A stretch of DNA of 56,407 bases, filler included, from Streblomastix strix (lineage: Eukaryota): the NCBI GenBank assembly GCA_008636045.1. It is 2 parts of 2 records of this genome, joined end to end, with 100 filler letters (N's around TTAATTAATTAA, not from the genome) between each part and the next. Parts side by side here need not be neighbours in the genome. Positions count along the whole stretch, not along the records: positions 1 to 28,173 come from SNRW01000129.1; 1 more part is not named here. One strand, written 5' to 3'. Made by a program: the position numbers and the translations under genes. Each line of letters opens with the position of its first letter. Position 1 is the stretch's first letter. The notes beneath the pieces were generated by a model that was not told the origin of the DNA, did no database searches, and was given only the letters and a program-made list of their open reading frames with translations. Shown here piece by piece: positions 1 through 14,565 of the stretch.

Positions 1-304
1 TTTAGAAAAAAAAATCATAATAAATATAATAAATGAGTTATTTGTTATTTATTAACAATTTGGATGTTCAATTCACTCTACTTTTATAAATAAAATCTAG
101 AAGATGATTAGATTAAATAAATGGGTGCCCAACTGGTAAAATTGGAGGTAAAGAGATGATGATTAAATAAAATTAAATTAAATTAAATAATAAAAACTAT
201 CAGCACTCATTTCTATAAATCAACTCTTCAATTGAACAAGATATACATCCTATTACTTATTTCTATCTATGAATTATCAGATGAGCATAGCAGGATTATT
301 AAAC

Positions 305-1492
305 TCACTTAGGTCCTTCTTGAGTAAGAGGGTTGTCATGCTGGAATTTAACCAAGAACTGGCATAGTGCCCGGACCCCTTCAATTGGCATAGCATTGTA
401 CAGTGATGCACGGATTCCTCCATTGGTTACATGTCCTTTAAGATTCTTGAGCTTCTCTTTCTTAGCGCATTCAATAAGGCGTATCTCAAATGGTGTCATC
501 TTATCCTTATTCTCAGTGACATGTTGATGATCACCTGCAAAGCACCTGAAAGTGACATTAATCAAAGATCTGTATCTGATATCTGGGACAATGAACTCAT
601 AATAACCTCCACTGTTTGTGATGGTATCAAACAGGAGCTAAGCTTTATCCTGCTTCTATCTCTCAACTGCTTCTAATCCCCCAATCTTCAGGTAATACTT
701 GAAGCACAGTCCAGATATATAGACTGAATATGTTGGAGGTGTATTCAGCATAGATCCTTTATCTGCTTATTTCTTGAAATTGACTGCAGATGGACAAATC
801 TTCAATGATCGGTTCAGGAGATCATTACGCACTATCACTATTGTTGTTCCAGCAGGTCCTGCATTCTTCTGTGCACCTGCATAGATCACTCCGAATTTGG
901 ACACATCAATCCTTCGAGAAATGAAATCTGAACTCATGTCACATACGACGACTGTATCAGGTGGGAATGTTGGTATCTCATTGAAGTTTATCCCTTTGAT
1001 TGTCTCGTTGGATGTGAAATGAACATATGCTGCTCCGGGTGTCAATTTCCATGTATCTTGTGGAGGAATTATTGGATTGGCACCCTTTGTATCGACTGTG
1101 GCTGCGATATTAACATCACAAAATGCATCATATTATCTCGCTTCGTCTATTGCTTTCTATGACCAATCACCAGTAAGAAGGTAATCTACAACAGGTTTCT
1201 TATCGGTCTTCGGGCCACCAACAAGATTCATTACTACAGCTGCAAACATGAGTGTTCCACCGCCTTATAGGAAGAGGATGTGATAATTGTCGGGAACGCG
1301 AAGCAAATCTCTGAGAGCTTGTTAAGAATCCTTGAAGATCTTATCATATTCACCACTGCGGTGACTCATCTCCATCACACACTGTCCTGTCTCTTCGTAA
1401 TTCATCATTTAGTCCCGCGCTTATTCGAGCACCTCAAGCGGTATCATGGCTGGCCCAGCAGAAAAATTAAATATACGGCCGTACTTTTACAT
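305..1492 (-). CDS. serC: Phosphoserine aminotransferase (class V PLP enzyme), intronless, 395 aa
   Basis: One frame from ATG 1492 to TGA 305 when TAR=Gln. Motifs: FNFSAGPA, VMEMSHRS, ILFLQGGG (Q is TAA), YVHFTSNETI, VCDMSSDF, YAGAQKNAGPAG (PLP lysine), NTPPTY, RSLINVTF, GGIRASLYNAMP. Track ORFs 767..1045 and 305..565 are in this frame. Confidence 0.97.
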
Positions 1493-1964
1493 GTCAATAC
1501 TGTATAAATGCCAAAAATGAAATTATACATATAATTGTACGTAGTGCTAAAAAAATAAAATAATGTTTTCTTCACCTCACGTAGAAGTTAGAATGTAAAA
1601 TTTAGAAATAAATACAGTATTGTTCTATATATAATAAAATAATCACAATTCAATAAGAAATTTTACATCGATCGTGCAGAAGTAGACCAAATATTTTGTT
1701 GTAAACATAAATAAATCATCTAGATCCTAATTAGAATTTAATTGCTACTCACTATATAAGATTATTTTATAATTTGCATAAAAAATAAAGCCTTGGTAAT
1801 AAATTCATCAACATATAATTAAAATATTTAAAACAGCAATTAAAATGAATTAAAATATATAGAATAATATTAACAATCTTTTAACGACTTTTAAACGCCG
1901 AAAACGAATATACAGAAGATTTTCAATTTTCGATTTTTTTTCAAGAGAGGGACTGATCAGAAAA

Positions 1965-4900
1965 ATGTTAATTTCACTTTTCCTCGCGGTTGCACTTGCT
2001 TACGGAGTGGCTGTCCCCAATGACAGTGGAGTTTTGGACTATTACGTACAAGGTTATACAACAGCAGAACAAGGGAACTGTGGCTCGCTTGGAACTCCTT
2101 GCGCATCGATTGCTAGAGCTATTAGCATTGCGAATCCGAACAATTATACTAGATTTATTCATGTAGCACCACCAGTACTTCCTTAAACTATATACACAGA
2201 GCCTAGTGTACAGATAAAGGGTACTTCGTCTTTTTTTTAGAACCATTTTTCATAATCAGATTTTTATGCGATTTGTTTCGAATTTGTTTTGCAGATTAAG
2301 TCATAATAATCCAAGGAAGTCGCTAGATTGATGTAACTATAATAGGATCTTCGGGACGAACAGTATGACCATTTTGAAACATAATATTTTGTTTTTCGTT
2401 TTTGTTGATTTGGGTTCTAAGCAATTGCTTTTACTTACTTATTTTATTATTTTTTCTAGTAAGCAGTTTACGAAATAAGCACTGGTAGTCTCTCACTGGA
2501 AACGCTGAGACTTTATGCCGAAGATCATTCAATAGCGCCAATGCTGAGTTTGACAAGCTCGGGCCATATTGCAGTCACAGATGTTTTGGTGTTCCCTTAT
2601 ATAGGAGACATTAGATATCCAATTATTGATGCTACATTTGGTGTGTCATTCTTTTTTGCTTCAATCATAATTAATTTCATCTTTTCTATTTTTACATAGG
2701 CTCTGTGACATTAACTCGTGTTGTATTTTAATTATTAGTACTTAATAATTACCCAGTAATTAAAATTGGAGTATGGTTAATTTCAAATTTAACATATTAT
2801 TTTTATTTTCTTAAATTTTAATTTCATATTTTTCTTTAACTATTTTAAATAATCATTTAGCAATAAGCTACAGGACTTGCAGTATCTGGATCAACATTTT
2901 AATCCATCAGTCGAACTGATGGGTATGAATAACAGTTTTTTATTTTCATTAATTAATAGAAAATAATTAATATTCATAATTTATTCTTATATATGTATTT
3001 TTCTGAAGATCTGGTGGTTCTATCAGTGCTCAACTTGGATAGTCAGGAATAGTTAACCTTAAAGATTCTATCTTCAATAATTCTAGAACAATAATTGGAG
3101 GTATTAAATGAAACTCAAATAATTAAACGGATATATTTATGATTAATACTACAAATATTTCAATATAATATTTATTTTATAAATGATTTTCTTAGGAGGT
3201 GCTTTGGAGATTAGCACAGATGATATACCCAGAGCAAAATCAGTAATTATTGATAATTGTCAATTCATTGGGTATGAATATAATAATATAGTTATTAATT
3301 TCCTTCACATACTTCATTAATAATTTTATCATTTTACAATTCTATAATTAAATGTAATTTATGTCTGTAAAATATATCTACACAGATGCAATTCATAGTT
3401 GGGAGGAGCTATTTACTTCTCAGGAACATTCAATTATTTCCTATTATAGACATCAAGCTTTGATAGTAATACTGCAAGTGTAGCTGGTAATGACATATAT
3501 TGGGGAACACCAAGTGGACATAATTAGATTATCAACCCATAGGGGACTGCTGGATCACAAATAAGATCTTGTTTCTCAACTTCAAAACCATAACGTGTTG
3601 TTGTCAAAGGTTATGAGACATATAACTATGATACATATGTGTTTCCTTCTTCATCTGATAACTCAACTGAGGTTTGTTTATTTGTAACATTAATAATAAA
3701 CAATTAAAAATTTTTCATGTTAATCCACAATTTAATTCATTATATTATTTTTCTTCATTTAGATAGGAGGCGGCAGTAGCGATCCTGATGGCAAGATTTA
3801 AGATGAAATTAATAATGGAGAAATATCTGTATGAATTAAATAGTTAAATATATTAAATAGAATTTATATATGAGAAGAATCAAAACTTAAATAGGATTAT
3901 TTATGTTTATTGATATAATTTATTTTTAATCGTTATTTATTTAATAATTAAAACAGGGTACTCCATCTTCAGTTGTTTTGGATGCAAACGTATATTCCAT
4001 CACATAGAAGTATGAATGAAATAAATTTAATATTTAAACAAATAAAGATATTAATACATACATATATATTATTTTAATATTAATATTCTATTTTTCTTTT
4101 ACTTATAATAGAGTGATTAGCAAATCTGAATTATCAATTATTGGGGCTGGAATAGATAAGACTACATTATAAGGCATTGAAACCTAAGGTTATTAATTAT
4201 TAAATATTTAAAGATGAATGAAATTTATATATTATTGGATGGAACAAAATATCAATATCATAATTATTTGCTATTTATTTTGCAATTTTATTTTATTTTA
4301 TTTTTAACATTTAATATTTATGATATCAGGATAATCGCTCTTTATTTTGGAAAAAACAGACGATCTTTTGAAACGTGGGGTTTTGAGATTATAAACGCTC
4401 AAATTAAAAAGAGTTTAGAAAATGTCATGTATAATTATTTTATTAAAGAAAATTATATTTATTATACCATATATTAATCATTTATTAATTTTTCTGTTAT
4501 CATTTACTTATACTTTATTTTCTATGCTATAGATGGATTTATACTTGTCCATGGAGGATAATTAGTAATATTAAGAGTTAATATTGTTCCATAAAATCCA
4601 TCAACAGATGTTTTCAGCTCTCCTCATATAAAGATATACGGAGGAGGTAATTTATATATATCAATTATAAATAGAAAGAAAGATTAATTATTCATTCATT
4701 ATTTTATATCTAATTAATTTATATCAATTGACAACTATTTTACATTTAGGAGATGAAGATCCAAAATACCCAAAATAGTATATCTATTCTGATGCTGATA
4801 TTAATAGTCTTGAAGTGAAGGATACCTTTTTCTCTGACAGTGCAGCCGTGAGATTGGAAGGTAACTATATTAAATAGGAATTGATATTAATTAATGAAAT

Positions 4901-5472
4901 GAAAGTGATTTATGTTTAATTTTTATATCAATATATCTTATTATACACCATTTAATTTTAAATCTATTATTCAACTCGTGTTACAACAGGTCCAGGCAAC
5001 ACCCTCCACATTGCATCATCATAATTTAAAAACTTAAAAGATACAATTGGAAAAGCTGCTGCTTTGGAGATTGAAGCTTATGTCCATTCATCTGCATATA
5101 TTGAGACAACTACATTTGAAGATTGTATGAAATAGTGAAATTAGGAGATATATTATTGATTGTTTATATTTTATATTAATATTTATTATTCTTTCTTAAT
5201 TTATAATTATTATTTATTATTTTAGGTACAACAGATGTAACAGATAAAAATGGCTCTGGGGCAGTTAGTGTTGAATTTAAATAGGTATTTAATTATCTAA
5301 TTTCTTTAGCAATATAAAAATACCCATATTATATTTAAAATATCATCATTTTTTAATCTTTCTTTAATTTACTTTTTTTATTAATAGGAACAATTCACAT
5401 CCAACTAAGAAGATTTAATTAATGGACCTGTTACTTTCTATGCATGTGATTTTGCGGTATGAAAGATAAGAT

Positions 5473-5547
<75 letters not shown>

Positions 5548-8500
5548 TATATTATTGATTATGTGAATATATAATTACTATATCGAAAATTATTTTTTTA
5601 TTATTATTTCTATTATTTAACAGAATAATGAAGGAAATATTGCAGGTGCTATCATTGTTTTGGGTCATGCATCAAATTCACTTCGAATCCAATTCTGCTC
5701 ATTCAAAGTTTGATTGATAATTCCAACATAAACATTATTTATTAATATATTTGATTTCTTTAATTAACATTACTTTAATATTGTTTAAATTAGAACAATA
5801 CTGGAAGAGGAATCGGAAGGGACAGAGGAAATGATGTTTATTTCACAACAACAGCATTCAAGAATTATGTCGTTGATGCAGGTATCCAAATTATACAATT
5901 AATTCTTTGAATTTTTCTCTTTATTTTAATTATCTAATTTAATTAACTATTTTTATTGTTATTGTTATTTTTTATAGATCGCGCTGAAGAAGACTTAATA
6001 TTTTTAACTTCGAAAACTACTTCACGAGAGCCATAAATTATGGTTTACAACACCAATGATTAACTTTATAGGTAAATAAAGAATGAAAATAGAAATAATT
6101 TGATAATTAGATGAAAAGATTGTTAAGATATTTATATTAATTATTATTTTTATATCATTTTTATATCATTTTTTATTAATTTAGAAACATAATGAGAGAC
6201 TTTTTTACACATTTAACTGTGGGTTACAATGGAGATGATGAAGAAGGTATATTATTTTAATAATTATTTTTCTTTACTAATTTTTTATATATTATTTTAT
6301 TAATTATTTTATTAATTTATTCATTATTTATATTAACGAATGCAGTTGTTGAAGGGCGTGGTTCTCCCGAGCGTCCACTTCTTTCGATTAAAAGAGCATT
6401 AAATTTGACAGAAGGATAATAGTTTGTATTTTGTTACTAAATTTATTTTGAATTTTAATATTATTTTTATAAATTAATTTTTATTTATTAATTTTCAATT
6501 CATTATAAAATATATTTTATTTATTTCTCGCTATTATAGGCACATAGCTCGTACAGTTGATTTTCTTCCAGGAACATACACAGCTAATGAATAAATATCT
6601 TTAGAAGACAGGATAATTACATTTGACGGACTTGATAAGAATAGAGTTGTTTTAAGGTATTTTATTATATTATATCATTTTAATACTGATTAATTAATAG
6701 AAAAATAAAGGCAATATATAAATATTTTATTATTGTTATTATTATTATTTTAATATCAGAGGTGATATTAATCCTAGTACTGATATTAGTTTAATATCTG
6801 TTCGAAATAATTCATAGGTAAAGATAAAGAGATTGACTATAAATAAGTTTAAGGGACAAGATTCTAATGGGCCACTTATTAGAGTCGATTTTATGAATTG
6901 TATTGAGAAATAATAAACATTTAATAATAATAATATTTTATGATTAAATAATAAATATTTATAACCAATTTTGTTTAATTCATTATTATACTTTATTTTT
7001 TTTAATTATCAATAGCAACTTTTGAAGCGGAAGATGTTAATTTTGTTAAATCAGTTGAAATTGGTGATGATTATATTTAAAAATCACCATTAATCTTAGG
7101 AAGAGAGGCAAAATGGATTAAATTGGATAGGTATAAAAATTGAAAAGAAGAAAATTAAATTTAATTACTAAATATTGAATTGTAATTTAATATTAATTTA
7201 TCTCATTTTCACACTTTTAGAGTAAGCTTCGAAGCTACATAATACTCTGACCCTTCTGCATCTGCAGTATATGTAAGAGGATCTGTGATAAAACTTGAAA
7301 TTATTGACTCAATTTTTACAGATTAGGTGTGTTAAGTATTATTATTATTTTTTAGAAATAATCAGAATCAATTTTCTTTAATACATTATAAACATCTTGT
7401 TTATTGTTGTTTGTTATATAATTTAGACTCACTCAGGTGAAACAAATAATGGTGCAGCACTGTAAGTTGGCTTTACAACATTTGGAACTGGTGATCCAGT
7501 ACCAGGAGAAAATGAGTTAAGTGTACTTAGATCTGACTTTTCTCACTCACCAGAATAGCCCATTTATTCCTAAACAAATGCAGATGACTATACATGTGGA
7601 TGGAATAATAAAGGACCTTCTGTTTCAATTAGAGGAGGGAAGGCGACATTAGCTGGTTTGCATTAAATTTATTATTATAATTTATTATTATAATTTAAAT
7701 TTATTAAATCTAATTATTTCTAAACTCAATATTTTAACAAATTTTTCAAATTTTTTTCAATTAATAAAAATCTTATAGGTGCATACTTCACAAATCTACC
7801 AAATGGTGCGCTTTATATTGAAGGATCGGATGTAACTATCGAACCAGAAACATTATTTGATGGAAATTATGCTCATTATTAAGAAGGTGATAAACATCCA
7901 CACTTAGGTATATAAATATATGTTATTATTTATTGTTAATCTTTTTGTTTAATTTATTATTATTAAAAATAGGTCGCAACATAATATGTAGAAATTCAGG
8001 ACTTTCTGCATCTCCTAAATCATTTTAAGAAGAAGGATAAATTTTGAATTCATTCTGGATAGACAGAGATGCAAGGTATGAAAATTTTATTAATAATAAA
8101 TTTACAATATTTAATTGATTTTATTGTTATTTTTAATTAATTATTTATTATTAATAATAATTTAAGCTGCAATATTGGCGGATCAATAAGAAACGAAAAG
8201 AGTTTCTTATTCTAACCTATTGTGACAGGTTTATTTTTATAGATTAAATTCCAAATAATAATAGAATTATTTTTTCTTCAATTTTATATATAAAAATTAG
8301 GCACTGGAACTGTTATAGATAAAAAATTACACACATTAACCATTCGAATCTCAGGAATTCACTTCGATAAATGTAATGATCTTGTTGGAATTAATGCAAA
8401 CCCAATTGGATATGAAATTGTTGAGGATAGATATTAGGTACAATTAATATATAAAATATTTTTTAATTATGGAATAATATTTGGATGTATACTTTTTAAT

Positions 8501-10578
8501 TTAATTGTATTTGCTACTATTTATATAATAATTAGAATGATAATGCTAAAGCAAGTTTAACAGGGATTCACTCCATTAAGGAACTTCCAGGCGGTTTATA
8601 TTTAATTAAATATAATATATAAAATAGAAGAAAAAGCCTGAAATTAATTAACTAATTATATATATTTATTTTAATTGTTGTAAACTATTTTATGAAGGTG
8701 CGATATGGGAAAATGGTTCAGTGATTGTATTAACTGTAGATTATAAGGAGCTTGGTATGAAATGATTTAATATAATAAACTTTTATTTACATTTCTAATT
8801 ATAATTAACTGTTTCTATTAACTATTTGTCAGACACTTCACGAACGTGGGTTGCTCGTCTTACTTATGGTGCTAAGGAAGATACTGAGGTTAATAGTACT
8901 AACTATGGGACAACTGTTGGTATGATTAAAGATATTATGTTAATTAGTATTTATGTATTAATCTGTATTTGTGTCTGTAGGATATTATGTGTTTGGAAAG
9001 AATCCTCTCGATGATGATGTTGAATGGAGAGGTGGGTTAAACACAGTTGGAATTGTTTTGATTTCAGTTTTCTCTGGTTTGAGAATATTTTTAATTTATT
9101 ACAATAATAATAACTTATTTATTATATTTATAATAATAGCTATTGCACTTATTCTCTTGATTATTCTGGCCATTTTTGGTTTTATTTGGGTGGCACGTGC
9201 AAATAAGAAGGAGGTAGAAAAGAAAGCAGAAGATTAAGAGAAAATTTAATAAAGGTATCAATCAAAATATAAATTATTTATTCAAAAGTTGATTCAATTA
9301 ATGATTATTTTATATTTATTAACATCCAGATACTCATCAGTAGATTCCCAATATAGTGTTACACACAATGGAGGACGAACTATTGAAATGTAATCTAAAA
9401 CTTCTTCTCAAAAACGTGCAGATGAAGTGAGTAGAAATGATGATATCACTCTTAATGATGCAACAAACCAAGAAGAAGAAGGAGAGACATTTGAAACAGA
9501 CAGGGATAAATTAAGAGGAGAAGGATAAACAACAGATTTGGAAGAAGGATCACCAGAACCGCGTACAAGAGAAGCAGGAGATAAATCTTTGAGATCGGGT
9601 CCATCTGGATAAGAAAGGAAGAGCACAAGCTCAAAATCCAGTGAAAGCAATACATCAACTTCTGGATCTACTAAAGGTAAACAAGGGGAAACTTCTGACA
9701 CTTCAGGATCAATCCCATCATCATCATCAGATGATGAAAAGACAAGTGGAACATCATCAACTGATTCATCATCATCGACTTCAGGTACAAAATCATCTTC
9801 AGCATCAACTTCAAGCTCATCAGACTCTAGTGATTCTTCTTCAGAAGATGATAGTAAGACAAGTAAGAAGGGAAAAAGTGGAAAGAAAGGAAGTAAAGCT
9901 GATGGGAAAAGATCAGGTTCAAAATCAAAGAATTCAAAGACTTCAAAGAGATCATCCTCATCTAAAGGAAGTAAAGAAGAAGAAGAAACTTAAGATTTAA
10001 CACAAATTAAGAAGAATCTCGATGGAAATGATTCAGTACAACATCAAAAGAGATCAGCCAGCAAGAAATCAAGCACATCTGCGACAAAGAAGAAGGATAG
10101 CACACGATCTGGATCAAAAGGATCAAAAGATTCTAAGAAAGTTAAAGATGCAAAAAGATCAGGATCAAAAAAATCTAATAAAAAGAAAGATGAAGATTCG
10201 TCTTCATCAGATACTGATGATTCTGATAGCGATTCTACTTCTAAAGATAAATCTTCAAAGAAGGTATCACATACATCTAGGAAGGATGACGATGATTCAA
10301 GTTCATCAGATAGTAATAGTAGCTCAGATGAAGATAAGAAGGGAAAGACTAAGAAATCAAAAGGAAAGAAGAAGGGCAAAGACTCAGAATCTTCTGATAC
10401 ATCAAGTGATAGTGACTCAAGCTCTAGTGGATCACATTAACCATCAGACACCCCAGGAACATCAAAGGAATCCTCTACAACTAATACTGATGATACAAAA
10501 GATAAGAAAAGCAAAGGAAGTTCTCGAACTGATACAAACACAACCGAATCATCCACTTCCGCTTCTAAAAAATCTTGA
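1965..10578 (+). CDS. Large type I membrane protein: signal peptide, pectin-lyase-like/Pmp-like beta-helix ectodomain, one TM helix, S/K/D-rich cytoplasmic tail; about 36 introns
   Basis: Signal peptide MLISLFLAVALAYG. Motifs GNCGSLGTPCASIARAI and GSPERPLLSIKRAL..FLPGTY, repeated GGSI/GGAL/GGAIYF and FDSN/FKNN, GNDIY/GNDVY, and CGW...NGALYI...RNIIC. Hydrophobic segment at ~9045-9195. Intron-free tail from ~9330 to TGA 10576-10578. First intron is 2221-2294; exon phases checked at several junctions only. Confidence 0.85.
5477..5542. repeat. (AT)33 microsatellite in an intron of the surface-protein gene
   Basis: Perfect AT run visible directly, between a GT donor at ~5457 and an AG acceptor at ~5623. 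Confidence 0.97.
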
Positions 10579-10818
10579 ACAAACTTCTGATCATGAATGA
10601 TAAATTAAACTGCAACATTGTAATGAATGATAACACATCACACACATGAGGAATTTCTTATCATATACTTAGAGCGTTTACAATTTTTTTTTGTTATTTT
10701 TATCTGATACTATAAAATCGTTGCATATCACACCATTTCATTTTTAATCAGTAACAAATATATAAAAGGTTTTTAAAACAAAGATTGTATATAATTTATT
10801 TATTTGAAGGTTTCTTTA

Positions 10819-13800
10819 TCAAAGTGGTACTAATAAAGCCATTTGAGAGTCTGATCTGCTGCACAATTCTGAAAATAGGAGTGAAATGATCTCAAAGCAA
10901 ATTGTAGCAAGTTAAAGGGAAGAACTCAATATTTGAATACGCCCCAGCTTTTAAAATAATCCTATTTGATCTTCATATATTATTTTACTCACATGGATTT
11001 CTATTGGGATCAAAGGAAATTGCCAAACTTAAACAAAATCAAGAGTTTTGTCTTCATTCTCTTCGACTTGTTTAGGAGGGAGAATGAATGGCTTACGACC
11101 AAAGAGCGAAGAAAAAAGGGGTATATATTTAATGAAAAATGAATCAATATTCAAATCATCATTAGTAAATTAAATCTTATTCATATTAAACCTTTCATAT
11201 ACAATCTCACCCCACTTCTCAGCCACAAGACATGAAGCTAAATGATAATCAAATCCTGTTTGAAGAGAGATCGGTTAATTAGAGAATAGCGAAGCAAGAT
11301 TTAATTGGAATGGATTAGATAAGAAGTTGTTCTCTCCAAATACTTTTTAATAACTATTATTTGATTATTCATTGTTAAAATAGGAAAAATTTATTCTAAT
11401 GGTGCATTGAAGATTTAAGCCTAGTTTTTGATTATAATAGGTATTTTATGTAAAAAAGTTATCGAATACTTTAGGATTCTTATCATAAATAGGAGAAAAT
11501 TGCTATTATTCGGTTGAAGATTAAAATTTGATTAGATCTCTTAAAAAATTTGCACGGATATGTTCAATGAATGCACAGAAAGAGGAATATTAAGGCTCTT
11601 CATGGAGTGAAATCAAAAAGCTTCTTGATGAATTTTAATGTTGATGTTAACTATTTATATTAAGTGGAATTACAGTCCCCTGCTAGCGATATACGAATTC
11701 ATCGTTGCTTCTTTTGAGCATTTGCTAAGCCTATGATTAATTAATTTATAAGAGGAATTTTGATCCAAGTTCCAATATAACTGTCATAATACGTGTATCA
11801 TCATTCTGTTAATGTAACTTTATAGAATAAGCTAATCCAGGGTGAGTTGTTGATATAGATGCACTTATCAATTATAAAGGATCATGGTTAGTAACTGAAG
11901 ATATTTTATTTGTTTCTATCAAACTATTCTATGATTCTTCATCTTATTATATTTGATCAGATTATTAAATTTCAGTGTTACTCATACATATCAGAGGAAC
12001 TAACGGAATATAATTAGCGAGTTTAGATTTTATTCTTTTTTCATTACTGTTTATTATTTCAATTTCAGTTCTACTTTTAAGTCTTTCCATCTGTGCTTCA
12101 AAAAGTCGTTGTTTCTAAAAAATTCCTGTTAAATGTTTATGATAATCTTCCACCTATTTCTACAATCTCTATCTCAAAGCAGCAATAAGCATGAATGAAC
12201 CTTATAATATATTAATGTAATAAAGAAAATAAAATAAAAATGAAGTTAAAAGAAGAAAACCTTCTTCACTATGCAGTTTTTACATTTTCATTGAATTTTA
12301 TTCGATAATAACTGAAAATTATAAGTTATTTTTATTTTCTTAATTATTCTTTGTCTTTAAATCAGGATTTAATTATAATTCATCCTATTAGTTACTGTCC
12401 TTTTCATTATGAATCATCTTTTCCTTTTAGTTAATATCAAATGGAAGATCTTCATTCAGCCAATTATCATCTATTTTCTTTTCTATATTATTATTCTTAA
12501 AATAATTTTATTGTTCATCTCTATTATTTTCATTTATACTTTAAGATTCATCTGCCAATCCAATTTATCGTACAATTAATAAATCATCATCTCCATTTAC
12601 TCGAGATTATAGACTAAATTGTAAAGGCATAACCATCACAACATCATTTGTAAGAATACGAAGACATGTTAAAGTTTTAAAGTCGTAAATTCCTATCTTA
12701 GTTATTCCATCTCTAAACGAATTAATATTTATTTTTATTCTTTATTTAGCTTGAACAATAATTTGAGTAATTTCTCCACCGCATTATTTAGGAACTATTG
12801 ATTAAGTAATAAAATCGTTTCCCAAATTAAGAGGGCATTCACTAATATATTCAATTGACGGCAGCATTTTCTAATTATTGATATTCACATAAATCGTACA
12901 TAGTTATGAATTTGAGTTCCCAACAATGTAAATTTTACATTCGGATTCTGATTCATCTTCATCATTTATGCAGTTGCTCCAGATTGATCCACATTTTCGC
13001 ATAGGATAATAAGAGAAGTTACTATCAAATAAATCACAAGATGCGGAAGAAATACTTGTAATTTAATTATTATGTTCATTTAATGCCAAATTTTGTATAT
13101 GCTACGAAGAATCCTATGTTTTATCATCTGAAATTTAATGTGAAATTAAAGTAGGTATATTAAACTCTGATGTTTATATGAATGAAGGTGGTAAATGATC
13201 AATAAATGTACTAAGTTCTGTTGTATTTGTAGGATCTTTATTAATCTAAGAAATTATATTTATTGATTTATGTTATTCGGAAGGAAAGATTAGATAGCAT
13301 TCCATAAAAAGATTATCATTTTATTAGATTTCTTGAAATTATGAAGGTTCTACTCCATCAAAATTCAATTCTATCTCTTAAAGTATTAATGGATTAAATA
13401 AAATGTTAAATATTTTATTCGAATTCTATATTTATATAAATAATTCTGCAATATCATTAGTTTAAGCTTTCATAAAATGAATTTACTAATTTCTTTTCTA
13501 CACATTAATTTAATCTTCATTCTATTAATCTTTTGTATCATTAAAGGATTTTGTAATAGGTTACACTTTATATTATGGAGAAACCAATGATAATTATGAT
13601 TTGTTGTTATCTTATTTAATAATTTACTTTTAAATTGAATTTCTTGAAGATATTATCCAATCTACTCTGTCGAGAGTTTAATTGACAGTTTCCGCAAAGG
13701 CATTTTACTGTCCAATTGCTGTTTCTTTCTAGTCTGAGTTATAAATATTTATTTAATCTTAATTATTCAAGATTTAATTTTGGTCAGTTTGGGTCAAAGT

Positions 13801-14346
13801 AACGAGTAGAATATTAAATGGTTAAATTTATGGTTAATTCCAATAAGCTTCAATTAGAAACAATGTTGCAGTAACTGCCGATTCATTAGCAATTTCTTCT
13901 TGAGAAACTTTCTCAAAATTGAATTTTTTCATTAAGGAATAAGTTGATATAATTCGCACAAATGCAAGCTATCTAGGTGTCTAATAAAGATTACCCAATC
14001 ATTAAAAAATATTCTTTGAAATAATCACTTTGTAATTCTCTGATTAAAGTCTTTAAAAAGGATTAGAATATAATGATTTATAAAATTTAGAATCGTTATC
14101 CATTGCAATAACGAGCGAGAAATCGTTAAGAAGAAGGAGAATTCCATTTTCACTTATTTCAATATCCATAAAATTATCTCAGTCTAATTAATAAAAAAAT
14201 TGATTTTCTTGATTTTAAAACACGCGCTAAACTCTAACAAATTCATTTTATCTATAATTGAATCTATATGTTTCATATATTCCACGGAAATGCAACTCTA
14301 ACAGCTTTCGCTTTTTATCAATAATCCCTACAATGTTGGATTCCAT
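10819..14346 (-). CDS. Hypothetical protein, ~1100 aa, no family recognised
   Basis: ATG 14346 (MESNIVGIIDKKRKLLELHF). Three short 5' introns give a consistent phase, then a long reading frame from 13980 with one 60-nt intron (12201-12260) ends ...QMALLVPL-TGA at 10819-10821. The 5' exon structure is tentative and the long frame was spot-checked. Confidence 0.7.
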
Positions 14347-14565
14347 CGAGTGTATTAATTAAAAATCTAATTATTTATCAATATAAAGATAATAATTAGA
14401 TAAAATAAAAAAATGTCCAGTACTGAGAATTTGTGTGATTGAGGATTTATAAGATATGGATACTTAAATATGAATTACATGTAATGAATAAAAAATATCT
14501 TATTTTATTTTATAATTTACAGGGTGTATTTAAGTAGATATATGAAGTGGTGAAGTGTTTTTTTT

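Noticed and set aside
9408..10600. Track ORFs 9408..9701, 9452..9658, 9641..10000, 10022..10600 and 10044..10379
   Set aside because: Off-frame or antisense shadows of the S/K/D-rich tail of the surface protein.
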